This document shows, one piece after another, positions 33,525 through 47,141 of a DNA stretch of 64,000 nt. The stretch lies in contig NW_003314261.1 in NCBI RefSeq assembly GCF_000143415.4, forward strand, positions 4,442,691 to 4,506,690. The letters are read 5' to 3'. The notes beneath the pieces were generated by a model. That model saw only the letters and a list, made by a program, of their open reading frames with translations, did no database searches and had not been told where the DNA came from. Position numbers and translations under genes: made by a program. This stretch comes from Selaginella moellendorffii. Its lineage: Eukaryota > Plantae > Lycopodiophyta. The first letter of the stretch is position 1; every line of letters begins with the position of its first letter.

Positions 33525-36500
33525 TCAGATTGATACGCTATTCGGAACTCCTCTACCAGTCAGCCCGAGCCCCGACGACGGGCACAGCAGAGTGAAGGGC
33601 ACCTCCGCCGGTCCTCTCCTGTTCTCCAGGCTCGGCTCTTCGTTCCTCAACTCGATATCGTCCTCGGCGGCCTCCAGTCTCTGCGAGAAGCTCTCGAAGG
33701 CAGCCATCACGCGTTGGTCCGACGTCCATTTGGAGCTCGGCTGCTCCCCCAGGAACTCCTGCCCGGGCAGGTGGCTCGACAGCAGCTCGATCGCGCACAG
33801 CAGAGTTATGGTCTCGAGCCGGTTGGCCAGCGTCGAGCAGAAGAACTTCTCCGGGTCCTGGAGCAGCTCCTGGTGCTCCTCACTCCCGGCCTCGGGGATG
33901 AACCGGTGCGTGATGGTGGGGCGGTTTGGAGTGAAACCAGCGTAAGCAAACTGGCCGAAGTTCACGGCCGCGTGGTGGGCCGAGGCTAGCCAGATGACAG
34001 TCGTGAGGACCTCTTTCAACGCGGATTTGGTGCTCAGATCTTGCCAGCCTTCTTTCTTGTCAGCGTGGCCGACCTCGGTGATCTCCCTCCACCAGTTCTG
34101 GAGCTCCGTGTCCGCGCAGACTGAAACGTCGTACATGTAGAAGATATTGACGTAGTCGTCCACCCAGGTTTGGATCGACGACCAGATCTCCAGGCCATCC
34201 ACCGCATATGGGTAGTCTTCAATGCGGAGCTTGAGGCCGTGCTTTGCTGTGGGATCCCTGACAGCCATTCCTCTGCAAAGAAAAAATTAAGCTTGTTAAA
34301 AGGATTTCTTTTCTCTTTAGCTGATTCCTTACCGTTTGAGAAGATCAGCTGGCAGGCCTTGCTCGTCGAATCTCCACGAGCTCTTGTAGAAGAGGGAGCT
34401 GATCTCCAGCGTGTACTTCCCGGTGAAGAACGCTCTCTCGATGATTCCACCAGCGCAGATAAGCAGCCTCCGAGCTTCTGAGTTGATGGAGATGGTGCTC
34501 TTGAGGTGTGGTAGAAGCAGGCCTTTCACTGGATGGAGGTCACTCAGCTGCCTGTGCGTAGCGATGATGAAAGGCTCGAGCACTGCGTGAGTTCTCAACC
34601 TTTGGAAAGAAAAGAGGAGTGATAAAACGTTTTTGATCAAAAGCCTCGAACTTTGCTTCGTACCAGTGACTGATGGCCTGGTGATATGCTGCATCGTTTG
34701 TTGATGCGTGGACCTTGGCGAGCTCCCACAACCAATCTCTCTCGCCGGAAGTCTCCCCGGGAACGAACACTCTGTTGATAGCCTCCCCGGGCGATGGGAG
34801 GCTCAGTTCAATCGCCACTGGAGTCAGAGTTCCAGCATCTGTCAAGAAGAATATTGTCCGAGAGGCATAGGACCGGACTCCCTCTTGCGCGTTGATCTTC
34901 TCCAAGTAAGGCATGAAAGCGTCATGGTAGTCCAGGACAAACAATCTACTCGCTTCCAACGCCTGCCACAGACGGAAAGACTAAAACCTTCAGCATCCAG
35001 TGGTTTCACCACGAGTATCAAGCTTGCTACCTCGCTGACGCTCAAGCTTCCCAACTGGCTTTCGATATGAGCTGCGTTTAGAGAAGATGTTTCCGATGGA
35101 TCGAGTCGATGAGGAGGAAACACCTGCGGCGATCGGACATTACATTAAACCTCCAGTCCTTGAAAGAAATTCGATAACATTGCCACATTGTAGTACCTTC
35201 AGGCATTCGATGGTAATAGGATTCAATCCTGCAATTGTCTGTCTTGCGAACTCGGAATCGAGCATCCAGGCGTCGGGATGAGCTGCGAGAAACGCCCGTT
35301 AGCTGACATATACAAGTTTAAACTCCCTTCACGCTATACCTCCAAGAACTTGCGGCAAAGGGAACTTCAAACAGCAGTTGTTGTCGGTTGTCCTACTTTC
35401 CTCCGGCTTTAGATTGAAGCCTTCGGTGAAGAGGCTTCTAAGCTCGCCGACGTTGTCGAAGAAAGGCCTCGAGGCATAAGCCTTGTGAATCTCAGGAATG
35501 AGTTGGTAAAGAGACTGAACAGCATTATCTGCTGCACCACACTGCGTAGCGAAAGCAGGCGCCTCACCAGCCGGGAGATACAATTCTTTCTCGCTAGAAG
35601 CCGAGCTCTCAAAAGTGTTGTCTGCAGTAGAAGCACATATGTAGAGAGAGACACATCAATGCGGATTTACAAGTACCTGTGTTGGATGGCATGCGACCTG
35701 TTCGACACCTTCGAGGATATGGATAAGTGCTGGATCCTCCCAAAACTGGCCTCAGCAAGTCTGGACTGTAGTCAGGATTTCCGAGATCATTGTAGACATC
35801 GTAGTCGTAGATGCGTTCGCCATTGACACGAACTCCACTCCCATTGCCTCGGATGCTTGCTAGCTCGCGCGTCCGAAGCTTCATCAACCCGGAAGGTGTG
35901 TCCAGTGGAAGATAAGCCTGCGCATTGCAACGTTTCGAGTGAGAAAAGTTTCCCATCAACAGGAAATAGTTTCTTTGCTACCTTGTTTGCAAAGAAAACA
36001 CGCTGCTGCCCGTTTGAAATCCAAGTGTCGCACAAGAAACCAATGGTTGTTTTATTTGGCATCTCCAGGACTAGTGACTTCAGCAGCATTGGCGTGCCAT
36101 AGCCGCTGTTCACAAGAATTGCTCCAGGTTCACCAAAATCCTTTCGAATGAGAAACTTGACAGGACACTTGATATCACTCGCAGAAGGCGAAGAATCATG
36201 CAAGTGCCAGTCCACAGTTGCAATGTCGCTTAAAACTTCAAGTCGTGTGGCTGGAAAACATAAAACATGGGGGTCAGAAGTGAAAGGAGAGAGATATCCG
36301 AGCGCATACTGACCAGAGTCTGCCTTGGTGCTAATCAGCTGTAGCGTGATCGCTTGAATGCCCTCTTGCTCTTGCTTTTGGAAAGTTGCATAGCCTAGCA
36401 GCTCAACAGTGCTGGCGGAGCTGAGCACCTTGAAGGCCTCGGCGAAGAGCTTCACAAAATGGCCATCCTGCGTCACAGGTGAGCTCCTTCTGTGTCCAAC

Positions 36501-36617
36501 ACCCGAGAAGTAGCTAAGTTGCGACCGCGTCATGACACTTTTTGCTGCCGGAGCCATCCGAGGAGAAAATCTCCTCCCCCCGTAGACAACAGCAGACATC
36601 TGAAACGCCGCGGCCAT
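33525..36617 (-). CDS. LOX: Lipoxygenase with probable plastid transit peptide (multi-exon)
   Basis: Ser/Arg/Ala-rich N-terminus, [44 protein letters not shown]. Confidence 0.93.
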
Positions 36618-38447
36618 GGCTCTACAAGAAGCAAGAGAAGAATCGCTACAACTTTGCTGAGCACTCGGGGATGCAATCTTTGCCGAGCAGCACTCGAGAA
36701 TGTCAAGGCGCTAACACCGACGACTTTCACAGCAACCTCACGAAACGCGAGCGGGAGACCACTGCTGCTTTCACTGCGGCGAGATACCACAGCCAGAAGC
36801 AACGAGGTATTTATAAGCCCGACTTGAGAGTGACATGAGAATCCTTTTAGGACCTTTCACCGCACAGCAGAGGAGCTCATCTCCACTGCTGCAAATGACC
36901 ACTGTTGCAATGGACGACACAATCAATGACATCTTACATTCCGGCAGAGATTTCTTTCTGCCACTCGACACCTTTGACCGACTCCACTCCGCCGGCTCAC
37001 AAACAAACCGTCAGGTTCCCAAACCCCCGGACACTTCCTTGTGGTTAGATAAATGGAAAAAGAGAAGAGCCGAAAGAAGAAAGAAGAAGGAAAGCAAATT
37101 GCCACGGAGGGGGGCGAATGGGCCCGAGTGGACACCGAAATTCGACCGTGCACGATGCGACACAAGTGACAAACCACGCTTGGACTATCGAAGGAATCCA
37201 TAGCCAGCCTGTTGTTTGACGCTAGAGACTAAGACATCAAGCCGCTGTAGCTCTAAAAAGTCTTACCAGAGACGCGGAGCTCCAGTTGCGTGCGATCCTA
37301 GGATAGATCTAGCGCCTGGAAAACGCGCGCCGGTGGTTGATCCATCCGGGGCGCCGTCCGGGCCGCGAGCGGCGCCTGGGCGGGCGGGCGGGCGGGCGGG
37401 ACTAGAAAAAACTGCGACGAACCCTAAACCCTGGCGGGATATTCTTCGGTTGACCGTTGGGGGTGACGATGCCGTGACGTGGCGGCGTCCGGCTCAAGCC
37501 GTCCACGTGGCACCAGATCTTACGGCTGCGTTTGTGTCTCATTAGATTCATGAATGATCAACGCGAGGGGGGATCTCTATGAGTGATTTGCACGACCGCA
37601 CTCCATTTTTGCTTTTTTAAATTTATTTTCTTCTTGGCTTTCAAGTTCTTCTTTGATGAGCGATTTGATTCTCATCGGTTTAGAATATCTTTGGATTGTG
37701 ATAACTGGCTTGTAAAGTCGTAGAGGAGATTGACACGATAAGAGCAGCCATTGCTACAGGAGCTCTCTCGAGGCTTGGTATCGAGTTCGCATTACCGAAT
37801 GGTGAGATTCGCGCCCATTGAAAAGAAATACTTGTCATTGTCACTCCGAATGATCGCGCTCGCGAATGTCAAGGGAGCGCCCGCGAATGTGTTGCACTAT
37901 AAGAGAACGCGGAAGGGAAAAAGAAAGAAATCCACGATGAACGAGGGAATAGGGAATGCGATCGCACAGAAAAGACGAGCTTTCTTGTTTGACAGAGTCA
38001 AGTGCCAATGATCGGTGAGCATAGCATGACAGCGCAAAAGCTCTCTCGATTTGTCAAAAACTTGAAACAGTCAAGTCTGGAAGAACACACGCGCGCTGAA
38101 AAGCTCGAAGAAGCTTATCGTCGCATCATGGGAAACGAATAGAGAGATTTTGATGCTTCGTTTCGATGGATTGCAACGAGACAAGTCAACGCACTCTGTA
38201 CAGCAAATCAACCAGCGAAAAAATCGAAGAAAACTAGAAACAAACACCAAAAAAATCGTGATAGCATATCAAAGAGAGGAAGAAACAAGGAAAAAAGAGA
38301 GAGAGAGAGAGGAGAAGTTTGAGGTACTAAGAAGTACCTCGAATAAGTAGCGAGGATGAAGCACTTGGAATCCATCCTCCAAAGATCGAGCTTCTCCCTG
38401 GCGAAGGCGATGGCGATGGAGCGAGCGATGGTGGAAGCAAAGATCAG

Positions 38448-39113
38448 CTAAGAGCAGCAGGCCGATCTTTGCGCCGCCGCCCCGGCCCCCGTCCCGGTCC
38501 CCGGATCCGGCCGCGTGATCTGTATGTTACTGCTCGCCACCTCGGGCCGCGCAGCCTCGCTCTCCTCGAGCCTGCGCTTGATATCCCTGGCGATGGCGAA
38601 GAACGTCTCCTCTACATTCTGCCCGGTCTTGGCGCTCGTCTCGAAGAACCGGATCCCATACTCGTTGGCCAGCGCCTGGCCCTGCGCGGTGGTGACCGCC
38701 CTCTTGCTCTCGTCCATGTCCGCCTTGTTGCCCACCAGCACCCGGCTCACATTCTCGCTCGCGTTCTGCTCGATGTTCTTCACCCAGTTGCGGATGTTGT
38801 TGAACGAGGACTCGTCCGTCACGTCGTAGACGAGGATGATCCCCATGGCGCCGCGGTAGTAGGCGGTGGTGATGGTCCGGAAGCGCTCCTGCCCGGCCGT
38901 GTCCCACACCTGGAGCTTGACGCGCCGCCCGTCCAGCTCGATGGTCCGGATCTTAAAGTCGATGCCGATGGTTGTGATGAAGCTGGTGGTGAAGGAGTCG
39001 TCCGAGAAGCGCAACAGCACGCAGCTCTTGCCCACGCCGCTGTCGCCGATGAGCAGCAGCTTGATGCGGTAGTCGTGGTCGGCGCCAGCGCCGGGCCTCA
39101 CCGCCGAAGACAT
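38448..39113 (-). CDS. RABE1: Rab8/RabE-class small GTPase, intronless
   Basis: [41 protein letters not shown]-terminal CCS. Confidence 0.95.
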   Translation of the reverse strand: MSSAVRPGAGADHDYRIKLLLIGDSGVGKSCVLLRFSDDSFTTSFITTIGIDFKIRTIELDGRRVKLQVWDTAGQERFRTITTAYYRGAMGIILVYDVTDESSFNNIRNWVKNIEQNASENVSRVLVGNKADMDESKRAVTTAQGQALANEYGIRFFETSAKTGQNVEETFFAIARDIKRRLEESEAARPEVASSNIQITRPDPGTGTGAGAAAQRSACCS

Positions 39114-39490
39114 TACGCCCTCCTCCTCCTCCTCCTCTGGATGATGGATCGGTTCTTCTCGATCGATTGCGATCGATTCCCTTTCCTAGCTCCTCCTAGA
39201 TCTGGACCGCGATTGCGGGATTCCTGCTCGAAATACCTGGCCGCCGCGGACGGAATCCTCGCCGCTCCACGCTCCCACCGCGCGATCGATCAATCAATCA
39301 AAACCCTAGAGCACTGGAAGGCCCTATTCATGTCACTCGGCATAAAGTACGACGAAGCTGTACATCTCAAATTCCAGCCGTTGGATCCCGCTGATCCGAC
39401 CGTCCGTTTGCCAATGGGCCTCGTCTTAGATGGCGGCAAAATTAATATGCACAAACTTTGTCCTCTTATTTGGAGAAAACGTCGAGCAAA

Positions 39491-42400
39491 CTACCTGGGA
39501 TCCTCGTCCGGATCGCCTGCTACAAATCGGTGCTCTAGGAGCTGCGAGAAGAGAAGATCAAAACCAGGTAGAAGAAGAACACCAAACAAGGATAGAAAAC
39601 CTGAGTTGCTGTTGGTCTCAATCTCGGGTCCATTTGAAAACACTGCTGGAGGAAGTCCTTGACACAGCCCGAGCCGTGCTCGGGGATTGGCGGCCCACTG
39701 CTCGCCTTTGCAATGTGGAAGATTGCGCTCCAAGTGTTGTCAATGTCCGGCCAAGGGTGCCTGACAAGATTTCCAAAACTTTAGTTTTGCCAGAAGGACA
39801 CAAAGACGCTTTGCTAGATACTTGAAGAACTAGAACTTGGAAGCTGTGCGAGAGCGACGAAAAGGAAGGAGAGAAACCGATCGAACGAAACTTGAAGAAC
39901 TATGGAAGAGCTAAAAAACCAAGGAACTTACTCTCAACACTTACATGGCTGTGAGCATTTCAATGACTGTGCAGCCGACGCTCCATATATCAGCACGGCG
40001 TCCGTAGCCATCGCCCTTGATAACCTCGGGTGCCATCCAGAAAACCGAGCCCCGTATCGACTTGCATTCGTTCGTCACGGTAGGATCATGGAAAGCCTGT
40101 GAACAAAACTGACAAGTTAACTTCCGAGGGACGAAGAAGAAAGCCAATATTACATACCTTGGAAGCTCCAAAGTCGGCCAACTTAACCACGCCAATAGCG
40201 TCCACGAGAACGTTCCCTCCTTTGATGTCGCGGTGGACGATCCTGTTCTCGTGGAGGTACTGGAGGCCGAGCAGCAGCTGCCGGGTGTAAACTCGGACGA
40301 GAGGCTCACTAAACCGACCGAATCTCTCCAGCATGCTGTTTAAAAGAAAGAGGTGATATGAGAAGATAAAATAAGCAGCTTGCCTTTGGATTGATCCGCC
40401 TGAAACGTACTCGAGGAATATGTACAAGCTTCCACTTTGCTCGTCCTGCTCCATATTGATGTAGCCAACAATGTGCTTGTGCCTCAACTTCCTGTAAAGA
40501 TTGATCTCTCGCTCCAGAGCTGCGAGATAGAAAGACTTTTCTTGTCCTTCGCCAGGATCAATCTTCAGCTGCTTGACAGCCATCAGCTCACCCGTAGACT
40601 GGTTGAGCCCGGAGAAGACCTGAGAAAATCCAGAGCTCCTTAGCAACACGTCTCAACAAACCTCGGATCTTAGCAAGAAAACATGAATTCCACCTTACTT
40701 TTCCATATGCACCCTCACCAAGAAGTTCTCCTTTAGTCCATTTGAATTTGCCCGTTGTCTTAGCTTCCGGTTGTGGGAACAGCTTCTCCGCAACACCTTG
40801 GCTCGACGACGGGCTCGTCTCCGGTACCGCTGCTCCTGCAGCTGCTGCTTGTTGTTGTGGCTGTTCCTGGCACTGTCCACTGCAGTTATCCTTCCCGCAC
40901 CTGTGGCACTGAACTTTAGCTTTCTCAGGCACCGCTGTTTCATCAAGAAACTGCACGGATCTCCTCCTGGATCTCCCACCGGTTTCACTGTCATTGCTCC
41001 GCGACGAGCACTCAGTTCTCAGTCCTGATTCCCGCTCCTCTTTGAGGTTTTCCCTGTCTTGGCCACCTTTCCTCAGCCTCTCCTTCCTCTGTTCCATCAC
41101 TCGCTGTATGTTCTTCGGGCTCTCGCTCCGAGGCGAAACTTTCTGCATTGTCGTCTCGACAAATCCATTCTCGCTGCAAGGTAGTGGCGGAACTGAAACT
41201 GGATTTTGGATCACCACCTTCGAACATCTACTCGTCGGGCTCCGGCACTGGGTTGCGCTATCAGGCGTGGGACTGTCGAACTGAGTTTCCAGACTGCCAA
41301 ACTTCTGGGCAATATTCGACTCGCTGCTGGAGCGCATCCGGCAAGTGAGAAGATGGCGAATCCGACTGTCATGCGTAAGCTGCACCGCAAGTTGGCCATC
41401 GTCAGTCTTATGGAACATGTTGGCACCAGCAACAAGTAAAAGCTTGATAACGCCCCTGCTCGACAAAAGTTCATGAAACTTGCAAGCACGCAAGAAATAA
41501 ATGTTACCGGTGGCCTCCTGCTGCAGCGTGGTGGAGAGCGGTTCCTTTGCTTCTATCTTCGTAGTTTATGTCGGCACCAGCTGCCAGGAGCATTCGCACA
41601 ATTTTCTCGTTCCCAATTGCGGCAGCAAGGATCAAGGGACTAACCTGTGAAGGAAAAGCTGGCCTTGTAACCATCAGCAGCGATCAGATATTCTTAAAGA
41701 ATTAATATTCAACCTTGCAGCGAATATCTCACCTTTGAATTCGCACTATCGTCTGGACTGGCTCCCTGCCGGAGGTAGTAAGCGACCATATCGGGCTGCT
41801 GGGACGTAACAGCTTCTTCCAAAGATGAAGGAACTTCTGTGCAAAGAAGAAACCCATTGCTTCGAAGATTTCAAAATAGAGAGTGCTACCTTCAAATGGC
41901 CGTTCTATGTCTGGGATCACAATGTCCTTATGAGGCCTGTTTGCCGCGTTTTGTTTGGAGTCCTCTTGTATCACGCTGGCTTTCGGAGGAAAACTATGTC
42001 TTCTTGTAAGCCGCGGGGATTCCATCTCTTGTGTTGGCGAACCAGATAACGGTCCTGGCTGCTCAAAACCAAGTTATACCTCGACAGAAGAAGAAAGGAA
42101 ACGTTGGTACCATGACAGCTTTTGGATCGTTGAAGGCCTGCTCGATTCCACTTCCCGGAGGTGTCGCTGGAGAAGACTTGGTGCTTGCTGGCGAAGGAGT
42201 AGAAGATTTAGAGGAGCTGCTGCTGTCACTGGAACGGTGCCAGGGGCCAAAGAACGGACTCGGAGACGGGGAGCTTGGAGTTCGAGGAAGAAAAACTCGG
42301 AGCTGCTTGTTTCGAAGAGGAGGGCGAGCTCCGGAGGCATCCAACGCGTGGTCCGCCACCTCCTCCTCGAGGCAGCTCGGGTTCAACACTGGCGGGCTTG

Positions 42401-42509
42401 GCCGAGAACTGGAGATTCGAATCCCGCCTACTGGAGTAGTGAAAACATACTCATGGACTTTCCCATCGTCTTCTTGGGACTTCGCGCTACTGTTCCCCGA
42501 GGAACTCAT
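39491..42509 (-). CDS. Ankyrin-repeat plus MEKK/STE11-type MAP3K (multi-exon)
   Basis: ANK exon 41509-41644 ([34 protein letters not shown]). Kinase motifs [48 protein letters not shown]. Confidence 0.88.
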
Positions 42510-42890
42510 CTCCTTGGCAGTCTAAGTGATCATCAAGAGTAGCCTGTGAAAGGTAATCGCAGTGAAAAGAAAGCAAAGAAAGACAACGTTCTCAAAGTGT
42601 TTACCTCTTGAAAAGGCGCTCACAACGCTAATGCAGAGAGGACTACACGCACACGCACACGCGCACGCGCGCCAAGTTCTCTCCGTCGACGTCACCTGAC
42701 GGGTTTCATGTGAAAGACCGGTGGCCGTTGGCTACCAGGAGTGCTTTCCAAGATGGAATCACACAAAATCAACGGCAAAAGAGATTGAAACCGGGATACC
42801 ATCCGTTACGAAAAAACAAAACGAAAACTGGTAACTGAACAAAGAAGATAGAATAAACAAGAAGAAAAAAAAGGATAGGATACATACATT

Positions 42891-45800
42891 CTATGTGGTT
42901 GACGATACCAGCCTGCATCTAATGATACCAGCAGCTCCACCGTAACACACCCAGCCAGCGCTGCTCTTGTTCGGGTTCCACTTGACCCTGTGAACTGCCA
43001 CAAGCTTTGAAGGCATCTCTTCCACCGTGTTTGGAGGTTGCACGGCTTTACCGCTGGTATCCAAGGCACTATCTAAAATCTCTTCCTTGCAAACCAACGC
43101 TCCTGCCTGTCCTGCTACTCCAGCCGGTGTTTGAGGTTCTTCCAAGTCCATTGGCCCGGGAAATCCTTCGGTTTCTTCCACGTTTACCACCGGACTGTCG
43201 GCACTGGGAGCGTTTTTTTTCCTGCCCCTCTTTCCCTTTTTCTTGTTTGGGCTGTCTGCCGTAGGTGGTAAAAGACCTGCAGCTATGCTGCTTGCTCTCA
43301 TTTCCTGGTTGACACTAACGGTAAATCCCCGTTTGGACCTCGGTGTGAAGCTCCATTCCGTGAGTGACCTTTTCATTTGAACGGGCCCCTGGAAATCCTG
43401 AGAAACTATGACTAATGCCTTCTTCTCCCTGTTCACTGCGAAGGCACCACATAGGTAGTGAGGTTCCCTGTAGCGTGTACCTCCTTTCTCTATTGCTTTT
43501 TCACTTAGCTGTAAGCAGACAAAGTAAATCTGTGTGTGAAATTTAGAAAAGAATAGCTACCTCAAAGTGAATAACCGATCCATCAGCACTGCAATATGCT
43601 ACAAAGCCTGCATATCTCAAAATAAGAAATATAAAAAACGTAACCATAAAACATACCTGTATTCCGGCACACTTGAATGTTCCAAATTGCAAAAGAGGAG
43701 CAGTAGTAAGATTGCACCCCTTGAGCTTGAGTCCCTGTGAAAGGCTTCCCTGTAACAGGTGTATCAGACAGAGCGTTGTTTAAACTGATGGTCCGCAGCG
43801 TCCCATCGTCCAAGGTCACCAAGATACATCTGAAAACTTTGCATGTTAGCATGCTTCTCAACAGTAGGAAAATACTACCTTGGCACTTCAAGCCAATCCA
43901 TGCATAAAATCTGTCCTCTAGACAGTCTCAGTTCCCACAACGGCCGAAAAGGATCCCTACAGAAATTAAAAAGAGCTCAAAACAAATCAAAGCGAGGAAA
44001 CATTACCTTAGATCCCAAAACTTCAAGTGACCGCTGTGGCCACCGGTCGCAACTATGTGTTCCCCCTCGATACCACTGTTCAAAAGCTTGTCAGATGAAT
44101 ATAAAAGCAGTAACAAATACCTGTTAGAAGGTGCCCACGCTATGGTACGCAAAGCAAAACTATCCGCTATGAAAAACAATAGAGGCCGAGTTTCTGCAAT
44201 CCCCTACTGTTAATAACATCCTAAATGTAGCAAAATACTCACCCTCGTTGGCGTTAGTAGGAGTGAATTTCCAGAGTGCAACCTGTAAACGGTGTAAGTA
44301 AAAAGACTAAAATCGCATGGCGAATTACCGTCCCGTCGTGGCAACCGGCGAGGAGCAAGTCATGTGGAGACGAGGTTGACCACTCAAGAGTCAGCGGAAT
44401 ACTGCAAAAAGATAAATCAGTGGCGTTTGTAGATTATCGTCACATCCACTTACAATACCTCTTTTGACCACCGCTTCTCAGCTCCGAGCATTTGAATACC
44501 GGCGCCATGGAAACGACCATAGGAACACCCTTGGAATCCAAAGTCTCAAATACCTTCGGCAATGGCACGTCAAACCTGAGATCACGCGTTAGAAAGTTTC
44601 GCAGATGAGATAGCCAACAAGCACTTACACTTGCAACGACCCGTCACCTAGTGCTAGCGCAAGAAAACCAAGGCGTAGAAATTCCCGATCTTGATAGTTG
44701 GCAACGGCATTCCTTCCTTCCGCTGGTTGCCACTTTGCATCCCACGTAACTCCACCTTCGTGTGCTATAGCTAGAGCCATCTTTGGAAGTTCCAGATCTC
44801 TTGACCGCCGTCCTGGTCGTTTTGTTCTGGCACTGTCTTTCATTCTGGAGAGTCCCTTGGGAGTTGCCCCCCTGCCACCTCTTCCCCTTCCACGCCTCCC
44901 TCTCCCTCTCCCTCTCCCTCTCCCTCTGCCCCTTCCACCGTCACCTTCGTAAACCACTTCCACATCCATTTCTTCCGTCTCCTCGAGTTGATGTTCTGGC
45001 TGCGCGTGAGCACCGACCGGATCGGCTTCTGTGCCATCGCTGTCTTGTGTTCCATCGTTAGAAAGTTCGTCGGCTTCCGCTGTGAAGCTGTAGGCCCAAA
45101 CCTGAACCAAGGCCTTTCCAGACAAAGGCTCACCGAGTTTGTGATATTCTGACAATGGCTGTCCAAACCTCCTGGGAGTCAATGATGCAGGGTGGGCTCC
45201 AACAGCCAAATACTGCAGAAAAACACTAAGGTAACGAAGTCCAACACAAATGAAAGGATCAGACCTCTTTCTCACAACCATCTTGCAAGATCTTCCAACC
45301 TGGCCGCTGCGGACACCAGTCTAAGCACCAGACAGAACCTCCGACGTGCGAAACAAACTCGTCAGTATTCTCGACGCCAGGCTTCTACACAACAGAACAA
45401 CAAATAAGTCCTTGCAAACTTGATCAAAAGAAGAAACATACTTTTGGAGTCAGCGCCGAAGCAAAGAGAGGAAGTTGAAACTCATCCGAGTTTGTGGCTC
45501 CATCTTCGGAGTTAAAATCAACCTTCGGCGAAAAACTGGCATACTTGCAATCGGATTGCCAAAACCTGGTGAAAAAAACACTTAGAACAACACTGAAACA
45601 TCGTAGCAAAGGAGAGAACGAGACTCACTCGGACACTTGAATTTCGGACGTCCATTGTCTCGCAACTTCCTCCAGTTCCTCCCTGATTTGCTTGAAAGAC
45701 TCGTCCTCCTCCGGATTCTCCAAGCCAGAGTCTCGCCTCCTCCTAGCACTCTTTCCCAAATTTCCCCACGCCCGCCCGCCCTGTGGCCTCTCTCGAGCCC

Positions 45801-46041
45801 CCTCCGCGGCCCTCTTTCCTCTTCCTCGCGATAAATCCTGGCTAAGCGCGCCTTCGATATTCCATCCGGAATCCGGCTCCGTCCTGTGAGCTACCAGCTG
45901 CATTGCGAGGCCTGGCGATTCCAGGGCCGCGGGGCTCGCCCCAGCTCCAGACGTGGTAGCGTAGATCGATCCGTCGGGCCTTACCGCCTCGATGTCGAGA
46001 GCATCCATCCCGGTGCTCTCGAAGGCGTGAATTTCCTCCAT
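42891..46041 (-). CDS. WD40 / AT-hook-like protein, TFIIIC110 (GTF3C2/Tfc6)-like
   Basis: LAVGAHP, GR repeat, LAIAHEGGVTWDAKWQP, LGFLALALGDGSLQV, VHRVKWNPNK...CYGGAAGIIRC. Confidence 0.75.
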
Positions 46042-46100
46042 CTCCAAAAACACCCTAACCCTAAATTTTAAAGGAATCTAGGGCTTTTCGTGGCCTGGCG

Positions 46101-47141
46101 ATGGCGTCGCTGAGAAATGCCGTGAGGCGCCGCGAGCACAAGGAGCGATCGCAGCCGTGAGTGAGCTCATTTCTCACAGGGATTTTCCGACCAAAACAAG
46201 TTCTTGCAGGAGCGAGCGAGCGCGATTTGGATTGCTCGAGAAGCACAAGGATTATGTGCTTCGCGCAAAGGATTTCCACAGGAAGGAGAAGACGATACAA
46301 GTAAGGAAGTTTCTTCTCGTTAGAGGTATGACAGGAATTTCTTCTCTACTGTATAACAGACATTGCAAGAGAAAGCCTTGACTAAAAATCCGGATGAGTT
46401 CTACCATCGAATGATCAGCACTAAAACCGTGAATGGAGTCCACAGGCCCAAGAGCTTGGCAAAGCAGTACACGCAAGAAGAGCTCCTACTCATGAAGACA
46501 CAGGATGTTAAATACATTCTATGCAAAGCACAGTCCGAACAGAAGGTAAAAACTAACCAAGCTCACTCTTCCAAGCCTCAAAATCTCTTTTTTGTGACTC
46601 CAGAAAGTGGATAGATTGCAAGCAGTGTTGCACGGCCTAGACAAAGCTCGAGAGAATCAACACTCTTATTTTGCTGAGAACGGGTAACGGTACTTTCTCT
46701 ATTGTTCGAGTGTGAGATCGATCTTTGGTTTTACAGCGACGAGGTGAATGAGATGCGAGGCAATCTAACAAACGGCGAAGCTCCTTCGAGCAGCAGCGAT
46801 TTACCTCTAGAAGTGAACAGGTAATCAATGATGTTCATCGCAAACAAAACCCCGTTTTGGACTGGAGATTGAGATTGCTTTCTTTACAGGGATCGTGAAG
46901 CTGCGTACAACGAGCTCGCTCAACGAAAGGAGCGATTGGAGAAGCTCAAGAGCATGGTGATAACAATGTCCATGCAAAAGGAAATCATGGTCCGATCTTT
47001 CCTTGCCATCAATACGATCTCGTGAAATCTTTTGGTGTTCCATCGCAGGGAAAGGGAAGGAAGAGGAAGATGAAGAGTGACGAACTCGTCACACCAAGCA
47101 GTATGCCCGTTTTTAAGTGGAGGAACGAGCGAAAAAAGTAA
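46101..47141 (+). CDS. UTP11: U3 snoRNP-associated protein 11 (multi-exon)
   Basis: MASLRNAV.RR.HKERSQP, FGLLEKHKDYVLRAKDFH, KNPDEFY, FKWRNERKK*. Confidence 0.92.

Noticed and set aside
37378-37618. Possible telomerase RNA (G-rich start, AACCCTAAACCCT template-like motif, downstream T-run)
   Set aside because: There is no upstream USE/TATA Pol III promoter and no C-rich 3' stem partner. The motif sits among G-boxes and matches the telo-boxes seen at many promoters in this window.
38469-39662. 397-aa plus-strand ORF
   Set aside because: It is antisense to RabE and the kinase 3' end, has a non-ATG start and shows no domain signal.
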